NCBI GenBank assembly: GCA_036726225.1
Contig: DAIMCS010000001.1
Span: 397,856 to 461,855 of the forward strand
Origin: Patescibacteria group bacterium
GTDB lineage: Bacteria > Patescibacteriota > Doudnabacteria > UBA920
Length of the DNA stretch: 64,000 bases
Reading direction: 5' to 3'
Numbering within the stretch: position 1 is the stretch's first letter; each line of letters opens with the position of its first letter. The translations under genes and the position numbers were made by a program. Positions 1 to 8,117 of the stretch are shown piece by piece. The notes beneath the pieces were generated by a model. It made no database searches. It was not told where the DNA came from and was given only the letters and a program-made list of their open reading frames with translations.

Positions 1-137
1 TGCTGCGAGAATCGGAAGACCGTGCCAGTAAAAAGATTTCTGGCGAGGTTGTAATTTCGGCTTGCAGAATTAACCGAAACACGGGAAAGCCAATACCCAC
101 CAGTTACAGAAAGCTCGGGGAGACATCTAATCAGGAT

Positions 138-1217
138 TTGCGGATCCAGGTAAAAAATGGATTCTGGCAAAGCCCGGATTGGGACTACCGATATTGGGCA
201 GACCAAGGTATTAACGGCCTTGTAATGGAGTTAGAAGGCGAGCAATGGTACACCAGTGTTTACCAGCTCGTTCGGCCGGAAGAACACAGAAAGAAAGTTT
301 TGGTCCCAACGAGGATATCAGAACCTCAAATTCAAACATCGGTGGATGATATAAATCCGGCGATAATGAAATATGCAGTCGCGTTCACCCTGTTAGACCA
401 AAACGGTGATCCGATTGCCGGAAAGGTTCCAGTTCAGTTCGGCATTACCAATGGTATGCTTGAATCTGATCCGGAATTTCCGGGGGTTTGTTTCGACAAC
501 GTCTCCATAAAGGGATTCGGACAAAAGTCAGAGTACAAAATTTTTCTGCCTCCAAAGACGCCAAGAATTTTGACGTTTGAAGGGCCGAAAAAGTCGACAT
601 CACCCACTATGAAGGCATTAACGGATCTGATATTTACTGGCAAGCCGCACCCTACCGACAGGACCAAAATGCTCTACACCGTTCTTTGGACGGTGGAGGG
701 CAGTAACAGCCAGGCCTTTAAACAGCCTACTGTTTTTCGGTCTTTTGGCGGCAATGTCCAGCCGATCACCGGCGACGACAAAGGCGTGTGTAGGGAGGAT
801 AATGTGGAGGTAACCAAGACGGAAACCTACACAGTGTTTATTCCCGGCGTAACAGGCGAAAACGTTCGCAAGAGCGCGGAGCTCCAAGGGCCGGCAAAGT
901 CTGCTCCTGAAGAACCTGAAGTTTTGGAAGTCGATTTGCCGCGCTGCGCTAATGCCAGTGGTTGGTTTATGGTTACGGTTCGTATTAAGAAGGGCGACAA
1001 ACAACAGCCGGGTCGAAGGTTCCGGCTAACTTCTGTTGAAGCCCTAACTGCGACCGGTTTGGATCTGACATCTTTAGGTCAAGGGAACTCATTCGAGCTC
1101 CCGACGGGCCCGGACGGTAGCCTGACTTTTCTGCTAACTTTTTGGAATCCGGTCAAGGCGGAGGTAGTTTTTAGCCTGCCGAACGGATCTCCACAACCGA
1201 AACTGCTAGTAAAATAA
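138..1217 (+). CDS. hypothetical protein, beta-rich, no recognisable domain; probably 5'-partial (frame open to position 3, ORF-track start is a TTG)
   Basis: Long ORF; the same frame has no stop back to the window edge; good RBS-spaced gene follows 16 nt downstream; higher GC than surrounding DNA. Confidence 0.5.
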   Translation: MRIQVKNGFWQSPDWDYRYWADQGINGLVMELEGEQWYTSVYQLVRPEEHRKKVLVPTRISEPQIQTSVDDINPAIMKYAVAFTLLDQNGDPIAGKVPVQFGITNGMLESDPEFPGVCFDNVSIKGFGQKSEYKIFLPPKTPRILTFEGPKKSTSPTMKALTDLIFTGKPHPTDRTKMLYTVLWTVEGSNSQAFKQPTVFRSFGGNVQPITGDDKGVCREDNVEVTKTETYTVFIPGVTGENVRKSAELQGPAKSAPEEPEVLEVDLPRCANASGWFMVTVRIKKGDKQQPGRRFRLTSVEALTATGLDLTSLGQGNSFELPTGPDGSLTFLLTFWNPVKAEVVFSLPNGSPQPKLLVK

Positions 1218-1232
1218 GAAAGGAAGAAACAG

Positions 1233-1922
1233 ATGTCTTGGATAAAAGAAGTTGCTGACGCAGTGCCCAAGCTTTTAGGGATGACTTCGGATCTTTTGCA
1301 TCTTGGGGGAGTTTTGACTAAGACCGGCGAGGGGGAAAGTGCAATATTTGCATTGGATCCCAAGGCCGTTCGAACCCATTTTCCAAGGATGAGTAAGACA
1401 GCCGAACATGAGTCACGTTGGACTGTAATTACGGCCAAACTCGAAGCAGCTCACCGACAGGCAATCTTGAGGCATTTTATGCCTAGCCTACAAGAGGAGC
1501 AACAGGCAGATTTAATTCAGTCTGCCGCAGACGCTGCTGTAATTACGCCCGACGGAGAAGAACAGGTGCTCGAGCATCTCCGCCACATTGCGGAGTTGCC
1601 AGTCCCTCAAGCTCAGATTGATTACGCCGATTCCCTCAACTGGATAAAAGGCGATCCTAACGAATATTGGATTGTCAAAATTCAGGGGTGGGCAGGCAGA
1701 CGTTTTGTCAATCTGCAGCAGATCGTCATCTGGCTCAACGACCCGGGACCGACCGGTTTTCGTGCAAAGGCTATGGCTGCAGAACCGGTTATTGGTGATG
1801 CTGCCGTAGAAATCCGCGCCGCATTAAACAACGCGGCGTTAACCCTCAACAACCGTTCCCAGCAAATAAATGACCGAGTTAATGGCTGGAGATCTTTGTG
1901 GCTGGGCAGGCTCATTCGGTAA
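1233..1922 (+). CDS. hypothetical protein (229 aa), no recognisable domain
   Basis: ORF with AAGGAAG RBS 6 nt upstream of ATG; tight operon spacing with neighbours. Confidence 0.55.
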   Translation: MSWIKEVADAVPKLLGMTSDLLHLGGVLTKTGEGESAIFALDPKAVRTHFPRMSKTAEHESRWTVITAKLEAAHRQAILRHFMPSLQEEQQADLIQSAADAAVITPDGEEQVLEHLRHIAELPVPQAQIDYADSLNWIKGDPNEYWIVKIQGWAGRRFVNLQQIVIWLNDPGPTGFRAKAMAAEPVIGDAAVEIRAALNNAALTLNNRSQQINDRVNGWRSLWLGRLIR

Positions 1923-1953
1923 ACAACCTTCACACCTTCACAGGAGAAAAGCT

Positions 1954-2856
1954 ATGAACTTTTTGATTGGCATCGGTATCGTGATTGCGTCCATCTTCGG
2001 CCTCGCGGTTCAAGTCGTGATCGGCGGGGCGTTGATAGCCTTCGGGCTCGTCAATATGGTTAATGCTTACCGGAGACAAATCAAGCTCTGGAGCATTTAC
2101 GCTTTCTGCTGGGTCACGCTGTATTTTGGCGGACACATATTGATTGCGTATCTCGATCCTGTCTACTTCAGCAACTGGACCACGGTCTGGACACTGTTCT
2201 TTCCCGCAGTCTCGGCTTTAGGCCTTTGGGTTTTTGGTGGATTTGCAGTGGACATGACTTTGATACTCAGCAAGTTGTCCGATCAAGAGTTCCACAGATT
2301 GATCCATACCCTAAGAGTCGAGACAGCTGACCAAAGACCGCCGCTCACCGAGCCGGTGCGGATTTTGGTACATTACTTCAAAACAACCGCCAATTATCCG
2401 ACAGAGATGCTTATTTTCATGTTGGAGTTATGGAGGCGACTGGGCAAAAGTGTGTTGCAATTTCTTCGTTTTGCCTTTATGGTTGGAGCTCTGGCTGGGT
2501 TGTATTTTCATTTCTTCCCACCGAGCAACAACTGGCGAATGTTCGGCGTTGCTGCTGTTGCCTTCTTCTGCTATTGTCTTGCCGGAATTCATTTTAACTG
2601 GACAATGTGGAGGAGAGTTTCAATTGTTGCAATGGCGGTGGCCACTTTAGCCGGCCAACTGACCCCATATGTCTCTAACCTGCCGACAATTACAATGCCA
2701 AGAGCGAACTTGTTAAACATTGGCTTGGCGTGTATTGCATTAGGGCTGTTTGGCAGCTATGTAGGCAGTTTCTTCAAATGGTTGTTTCCGGATGCTTCAA
2801 GTAGCGACAAACCTTCAACTTCCAACCCTCTTGTAGGAGAACATCATGAGCACTAG
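1954..2856 (+). CDS. polytopic integral membrane protein, unknown function (start taken at internal ATG with AGGAG RBS rather than ORF-track 1870)
   Basis: Multiple hydrophobic helices; AGGAGAAAAGCT-ATG at 1941-1956. Confidence 0.55.
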   Translation: MNFLIGIGIVIASIFGLAVQVVIGGALIAFGLVNMVNAYRRQIKLWSIYAFCWVTLYFGGHILIAYLDPVYFSNWTTVWTLFFPAVSALGLWVFGGFAVDMTLILSKLSDQEFHRLIHTLRVETADQRPPLTEPVRILVHYFKTTANYPTEMLIFMLELWRRLGKSVLQFLRFAFMVGALAGLYFHFFPPSNNWRMFGVAAVAFFCYCLAGIHFNWTMWRRVSIVAMAVATLAGQLTPYVSNLPTITMPRANLLNIGLACIALGLFGSYVGSFFKWLFPDASSSDKPSTSNPLVGEHHEH

Positions 2857-3463
2857 TACTGGTTCTGGAAAGAGAAAGTTTAAATGGATTTTGGTTCCGG
2901 TCGGAATTCTGCTGGTCCTGGTTTATCAATTGGGTATCGGCGGCCTTTTGCCCCGCGATAAGTGGGCAAAAAACGGAATGCGCTCCTTGGCCTTCAGCGT
3001 TTTTGAGGACCGGGTTGAGGATGCCAAAAAGGCTCCGACGTTCCACGAAAGCGCCCGCATTTACGACGGAGCAAAAGTGGAATTGAAAGACAACCAAAAC
3101 TCAATTGAGCAGTACCTTCCGCCTTGCCCTCAAGCCACCCGCTGGGAAGACAATTTAAAGCGGATGGATTTGACCGGTTGTTATGTCGGCAATACCATAT
3201 GGCCGCAGCTCAAAGATCCTTACGAAGTCCAGCGCTATTCCGTTACGTTTTACAAGTACGGCAAGGGCGCGCCCCAGACTGAGTTGGAAAACAAGTTTGG
3301 GAAGCAGCTCATAAGGATTGAGAGTAATACCGTCATCGAGGTGATGCGGCAAAGTCCCCACTTTGTCGCCAACGAAGTCAGTCCGGGAATATATGACCTG
3401 GGCGGAGAAGTAAAATGGACACACCTCGGAGATGCCGACGCTGTAACATTGGAGCTGCAATAA
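2846..3463 (+). CDS. hypothetical membrane-anchored protein (one N-terminal TM, soluble domain)
   Basis: ORF with GTAGGAGAAC RBS; 11-nt overlap with upstream gene (translational coupling). Confidence 0.55.
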   Translation: MSTSTGSGKRKFKWILVPVGILLVLVYQLGIGGLLPRDKWAKNGMRSLAFSVFEDRVEDAKKAPTFHESARIYDGAKVELKDNQNSIEQYLPPCPQATRWEDNLKRMDLTGCYVGNTIWPQLKDPYEVQRYSVTFYKYGKGAPQTELENKFGKQLIRIESNTVIEVMRQSPHFVANEVSPGIYDLGGEVKWTHLGDADAVTLELQ

Positions 3464-3570
3464 TGAGCTCCAAATACTTGACTATAATGAAAACGTATAG
3501 ACCCCGCCCACCCGCGAGATTTATACGACCACCTTGATGACGAAGACTCAACATCCTCGTCATCATTTCA

Positions 3571-3606
3571 AAAACCCCAAAGGCACAAAGCCTTTGGGGT
3601 TTTTGA
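3571..3606. terminator. bidirectional rho-independent terminator (AAAACCCCAAAGGC-ACAA-GCCTTTGGGGTTTTT)
   Basis: Perfect 12-bp GC-rich stem flanked by A-run and T-run between convergent genes. Confidence 0.8.
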
Positions 3607-3620
3607 ATGCTTAAATAAAT

Positions 3621-4754
3621 TTAAGACAAGTATCTTTCAATATGCGTAGAGCTTACGCTCTTGACCCTGGCTCTCAATATATTTTGCACTATTGCTACCA
3701 TACTAAAGGAAAGCAGGGCAATGACCAAACCTAAAATTGCATAAGTAATAGTTTTTTTTGCTTTCAGCACGCCTTCCTCATTACCCGCCGCTGCAACCAT
3801 TTGAAAACCTCCCACTATAATAAATATTACCGCCCAAATTCCAACAATGGCTAAAAAGCCCTGTATTATAATTAAAAAGACGTGGGTCAACTCGTCGTCT
3901 GGCAGAGGATTGTAAAGGCAATTTTTGGGGTCTACGCAGGGTTCTGAGTTTGGACTTCCAGGGCCGCCGCTTTGATTGGATGACACAAAAATTGTAACAA
4001 CTCCGTCATCTGCCAAACTAATTTGGTTTCCATTTGAGTCCCTTAATGTGACTGCAATAGTATTGTTTGCATTTTCGTTAAAACCATTTTCTTTGCTGAC
4101 CGTAATTGGGGTGGCTCCCGGGACAGTCAATTCCGAGCTTTCCCCGCCGTTTATTTTATACGCCCCACTAGAACCTGTACCGGCCCCATTTATAGAAATA
4201 TGTATGGTTTCCCCCATAGATGGTCTTCTATTGTCAACGCTGACTGTGGCGCCAGATACAGATCTGGTAGTTAAGTTGAATTCCGGAGTTTGCCAAAGAA
4301 CATTTTGAGAAGCAAAGGTGCCAAGGGCGCTGCCCAGTACACTCGGGTCAACTTGCTTAGAGTTACAATAAAATACTCCATAGTACCTGTTCCGTGTACC
4401 GCCGGTTAAGGAATTAAAATCATAGCCCATAGACGCTCCAGCGCCGCTTGCACGATATTCAATATTTGCGGCTTCCCCATTTATGGCATGCGCAACGGCA
4501 TGATAAATTTGTTTACCGCTTTCGCAGGTGGGCGCGGAATTAGTAGCGTTATTAATTACAAAAAACTGTAAGCTGACATTTGTATTTGGGTCTATACCGT
4601 TTGAATTTGCTGGCAGGCTGGAAATGAAAGTTGCACAAATGGAACCGTACTGACAATTTTGTTTAGTCAGAACGCTTGACTGCGCATAAGAGACAGGGCT
4701 TGAAAGTAAAAAAAGCCAAGAGGTAATAAAAATAATGTGTATAAATTTTACCAT
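3621..4754 (-). CDS. secreted protein with signal peptide, Gly/Ser/Asn-rich extracellular region and C-terminal double-TM hairpin (pilin-like / TrbC-VirB2-like topology)
   Basis: N-terminal signal (…SSPVSYAQ), C-terminal two hydrophobic helices separated by AAAGNEEG loop. Confidence 0.6.
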   Translation of the reverse strand: MVKFIHIIFITSWLFLLSSPVSYAQSSVLTKQNCQYGSICATFISSLPANSNGIDPNTNVSLQFFVINNATNSAPTCESGKQIYHAVAHAINGEAANIEYRASGAGASMGYDFNSLTGGTRNRYYGVFYCNSKQVDPSVLGSALGTFASQNVLWQTPEFNLTTRSVSGATVSVDNRRPSMGETIHISINGAGTGSSGAYKINGGESSELTVPGATPITVSKENGFNENANNTIAVTLRDSNGNQISLADDGVVTIFVSSNQSGGPGSPNSEPCVDPKNCLYNPLPDDELTHVFLIIIQGFLAIVGIWAVIFIIVGGFQMVAAAGNEEGVLKAKKTITYAILGLVIALLSFSMVAIVQNILRARVKSVSSTHIERYLS

Positions 4755-4767
4755 GGATTTTTATTTT

Positions 4768-4980
4768 TTAATTTTGATTAATTTTGTTTCGTAATTCTTC
4801 CAAGGCCGCATTTTCTAAGGCCTTGTTGGTTGCCTTATTCTCTGACTTTAATTTTTCAAATTCAAGGTTGAGCTTGAACGGTCTCGGTCTTTTGGCTTCT
4901 TTTGGTTTAGGGCTTTCTTGATTTAGGAAATGTCCTATACCTTTTTCTATTCTTAGTATATAAATGAGCTTAATTAGCAT
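4768..4980 (-). CDS. small lysine-rich hypothetical protein
   Basis: ORF only; co-directional with and 14 nt upstream of the pilin-like gene. Confidence 0.3.
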   Translation of the reverse strand: MLIKLIYILRIEKGIGHFLNQESPKPKEAKRPRPFKLNLEFEKLKSENKATNKALENAALEELRNKINQN

Positions 4981-5102
4981 ATATATTATACATCAAATTT
5001 TAAGAATATGGAATTTTGTGCTAATTATTTGCTGTGCTATAATCCGGTTAATGTGCGCTTGATTTTATTTTGATTATCTATTATTGTTAATTTATAAATC
5101 TG

Positions 5103-6290
5103 ATGAAAAAAATGGAAGTTAAACCGAAAATTGAAACTTTTGCCAGGATTAAGGTATTGGGCATTGGGGGATCGGGCACCAATGCAGTTAACCGTATGAG
5201 CCAGCTGGGCATTCGCGGCGTGGAATTTATTTCCATAAATACCGACGCGCAGGCTTTGCATAACAACCAGGCCGACCGAAAAGTCCACATTGGCCGCGGT
5301 GCCACCAAGGGCCTGGGCAGCGGCATGAACCCGGATTTGGGCAGGCAGGCGGCAGAGGAAAGTGTTGAGGAACTCGAAGACGTTATAGACAACGCCGACA
5401 TGGTTTTTATTACCTGCGGCCTTGGCGGCGGCACGGGCAGCGGCGCTGCGCCCATTGTGGCTGAACTTGCAAAAAATAAAGGCATCTTAACCGTTGGCGT
5501 GGTTACCAAGCCTTTTACTTTTGAAGGCAGCAAAAGAAAAGAAGTCGCAGAGACCGCTTACGATAATTTAAAAGACAAAGTAGACGCTGTAATTTCTGTT
5601 CACAACGACCGTATTTTACAAATTATAGACAAGAAAACTTCTTTAATAGATGCTTTTAAAACTGTAGATGAAGTTTTGCGCCAGGGCATTGCGGGCATAT
5701 CCGATTTAATTACCACTCACGGAATTGTGAACGCGGACTTTGCAGACGTTAAATCCATAATGCAAGACGCAGGCACCGCGCTTATGGGTATTGGCAGGGC
5801 GGCCGGCGATAACCGTGCGCAAGACGCGGCTAAGGCAGCCATTAACTCTCCGCTTTTAGAAATGACCATAGACGGCGCCAAAGGCGTGCTGTTTAACATT
5901 ACCGGTGGGCCTTCGCTTGGTATGTTTGAAATAGACGAGGCCGCAAAAGTAATTACCAGAAGCATAGACCCCGACGCAAAAGTGAAGTTTGGCGCGGTAA
6001 TAGACGAAAGCATGGGCGACGAAGTCCGCATTACAGTAATTGCCACAGGTTTTGAGGAAGGCAGCAAGCGCCCCACACAAGCGTCTTTAATTTTAAACGA
6101 TGAACCTAAAAAACCAAAGCTTTCGGAAAGCAAATTTATAAATCCACCGTCGGTTATGGAAGCCCGCAAGCCAATGTTTAACCCAAAACCGGCCCCGCCG
6201 GTTGAGCCTATGGATGAGCCATCGGCCTCTGCCTCTCCCAGCGATGACGAACTGGACATCCCGGCGTTCATAAGGAAGAAAATGAAGTAG
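5103..6290 (+). CDS. ftsZ: cell division GTPase FtsZ
   Basis: Tubulin signature GGGTGSGAAP, N-terminal GIGGSGTNAVNRM, extended acidic/Pro-rich C-terminal tail. Confidence 0.95.
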   Translation: MKKMEVKPKIETFARIKVLGIGGSGTNAVNRMSQLGIRGVEFISINTDAQALHNNQADRKVHIGRGATKGLGSGMNPDLGRQAAEESVEELEDVIDNADMVFITCGLGGGTGSGAAPIVAELAKNKGILTVGVVTKPFTFEGSKRKEVAETAYDNLKDKVDAVISVHNDRILQIIDKKTSLIDAFKTVDEVLRQGIAGISDLITTHGIVNADFADVKSIMQDAGTALMGIGRAAGDNRAQDAAKAAINSPLLEMTIDGAKGVLFNITGGPSLGMFEIDEAAKVITRSIDPDAKVKFGAVIDESMGDEVRITVIATGFEEGSKRPTQASLILNDEPKKPKLSESKFINPPSVMEARKPMFNPKPAPPVEPMDEPSASASPSDDELDIPAFIRKKMK

Positions 6291-6332
6291 AGTAAGAAAG
6301 TAAGTATGTAAGAATACAAGAATATAAGTATT

Positions 6333-6366
6333 AACTGCTTAGAAAAATTTCTAAGCAGTTTTTTTA
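6333..6366 (+). terminator. rho-independent terminator after ftsZ (AACTGCTTAGAAAAATTTCTAAGCAGTT + T-run)
   Basis: Perfect palindrome followed by TTTTTT. Confidence 0.75.
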
Positions 6367-6405
6367 ACTACTGTATACTTGTGTGCTTGTATTCTTAATT
6401 TACGC

Positions 6406-6434
6406 TTGCAAAATTTCCTCAGGTGTGCTATAAT
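6406..6434 (+). promoter_or_regulatory. sigma70-type promoter TTGCAA-17-TATAAT
   Basis: Near-consensus -35/-10 hexamers with 17-nt spacer upstream of ORF 6623. Confidence 0.55.
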
Positions 6435-6622
6435 ATATGTAATAAGGTATTTTATTGGTCGATCGCCGCGAAAATAGCGGTGTGAAATACCCAACAATTA
6501 GAAATTACCCTTTAGAAATAAAGATGAATTTCTAAATAAGAAACAAAAATATACCTGTAAACTTTCTAGAGAAGTTCAGGTAAAAACAAAAATAAAATTT
6601 AACAAAAAACTCCTTTACACAA

Positions 6623-7123
6623 TTGGCTCTAACAATTGGAGAGCTAATTTTGATGTTAAAGCAGCCAAACTCTATGTTCTTTATTCAAGAAACTCCGGCT
6701 AAAGTTCTTAGCCTTCTGGGTACAGCAATGTTTTCTATGTTTTTGTTGTTTGGGGTTACGTTTACTAACGCCAGCTTCGAAAGAACGGAAAATATTATGC
6801 CAGATGTTTTTTCTCCCGCCAATGTAACCGCTATGTTAGACAATGTGTCGAGCGGTTATAGCAACTTTGTGCAACAAACTTTATTGGTACCATTGCAACA
6901 AGACTATGCTTTGGCCCAAGACAACATAGCGTTTATAATAGACGAAGCCGGTCCTTCCATTCTGGCCTTTACGGGCTTGGAAGGATTAGCCCAATACGAC
7001 AGGGAAAATAGCGTTACGCCTCAAGTGGCTGGCGCCTATACCGAGCCGGTCTATTATGAACCAATAGCGAGTGAGTCTTTTAGTGTAGATTTAATCTACA
7101 ATGTGTTAATTGGTGAGTACTAA
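6623..7123 (+). CDS. hypothetical protein with N-terminal membrane segment
   Basis: ORF followed by strong terminator hairpin at 7141-7176. Confidence 0.45.
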   Translation: MALTIGELILMLKQPNSMFFIQETPAKVLSLLGTAMFSMFLLFGVTFTNASFERTENIMPDVFSPANVTAMLDNVSSGYSNFVQQTLLVPLQQDYALAQDNIAFIIDEAGPSILAFTGLEGLAQYDRENSVTPQVAGAYTEPVYYEPIASESFSVDLIYNVLIGEY

Positions 7124-7140
7124 TTAGCTCAATTTAGAAT

Positions 7141-7176
7141 AAAAACTCCTAGATGTGCCCCTAGGAGTTTTTTTGT
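7141..7176 (+). terminator. rho-independent terminator (AAAAACTCCTAG…CTAGGAGTTTTTTT)
   Basis: 10-bp stem plus T-run. Confidence 0.75.
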
Positions 7177-7574
7177 TGGCTGTGCCCGCCTCGACTCGCG
7201 TAGTTATAGTCTATACAAGTCGACGCGAGGCGGGCCCCCGGAGTTGTTTTTTTATTTTTTGTGGATATCTGTGCTTAACTTTTACTAACTTTCAAAAATC
7301 CCAATATTTGGGGGACTTGAAAAAAACTATATGTGGTATTACAATATAAATGTAGACACTATAGGTAGAAGATCTTCCTGCCCCAAGGCAGGTAAGCAGA
7401 AATCAAAATACAAACATTAAATTTAGCAAAAATCTCCGGCCTTGGAAGCAAGGATTGTTAAAAGACCCTCAAATTAGAAGAAATTAAGAATTTAGCACAG
7501 TTAATTAGTTATCATCGAACATTTTAAAAAGGAATAAGCTTGGTTTATTTCCTTTCTTTCCCAAAGAATTATTT

Positions 7575-8021
7575 ATGAAATGCCCTAATTGCCAAAACGA
7601 TGATACTAAAGTGTTAGATAGCAGGCCGGTAGATGAGGGTACAGCTATAAGAAGGCGGCGGGAATGTGAAAAGTGCGAGTTTCGGTTTAGTACTTACGAA
7701 GAAATAGAAATACTCGACCTAACAGTAGTAAAGAAGGACGGCAGCAAGCAAATGTTTTCCAAGGAGAAGCTGGAGCGGGCTATCCGCCTGCCGTTAGACA
7801 AACGACCTCATACAGATGAAACTTTAAGAAAACTCCTTTCCGCCATAGAAATAGAAATCCAGCGCAAAGCCAAAGACAGTGAAATTAAAAGTTCGGAAAT
7901 TGGCGAGATTGTTATGAAGAAACTTAAGAAGGTAGACAAGGTAGCTTATGTGAGGTTTGCGGCAGTATACAGACAGTTTGAGGACGTAGACGAATTTAAG
8001 GAAGAATTAGAAAAATTGTAA
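7575..8021 (+). CDS. nrdR: transcriptional repressor NrdR (Zn-ribbon + ATP-cone)
   Basis: MKCPNCQNDDTKVLDSRPVDEG…RRRRECEKCEFRFSTYEEIE is the canonical NrdR N-terminus. Confidence 0.9.
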   Translation: MKCPNCQNDDTKVLDSRPVDEGTAIRRRRECEKCEFRFSTYEEIEILDLTVVKKDGSKQMFSKEKLERAIRLPLDKRPHTDETLRKLLSAIEIEIQRKAKDSEIKSSEIGEIVMKKLKKVDKVAYVRFAAVYRQFEDVDEFKEELEKL

Positions 8022-8092
8022 ATCAGTGAACAGTGCGCAGTGATCAGTGAATAGAATTTTCACTGTACACCGTCCACTGACCACTGCTCACT
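8022..8092. repeat. imperfect long palindrome containing the GTGATCAGTG/CAGTGCGCAGTG element, between nrdR and nrdJ
   Basis: AATCAGTGAACAGTGCGCAGTGATCAGTGAATAG… pairs with …TTTTCACTGTACACCGTCCACTGACCACTGCTCAC. Confidence 0.55.
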
Positions 8093-8117
8093 TATAAAGA
8101 ATTAACCAAGCAACCAT

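Noticed and set aside
1870-1953. ORF-track start at 1870 for the membrane protein
   Set aside because: Would overlap the upstream gene by 52 nt with no RBS; an ATG at 1954 preceded by AGGAG is the more plausible start
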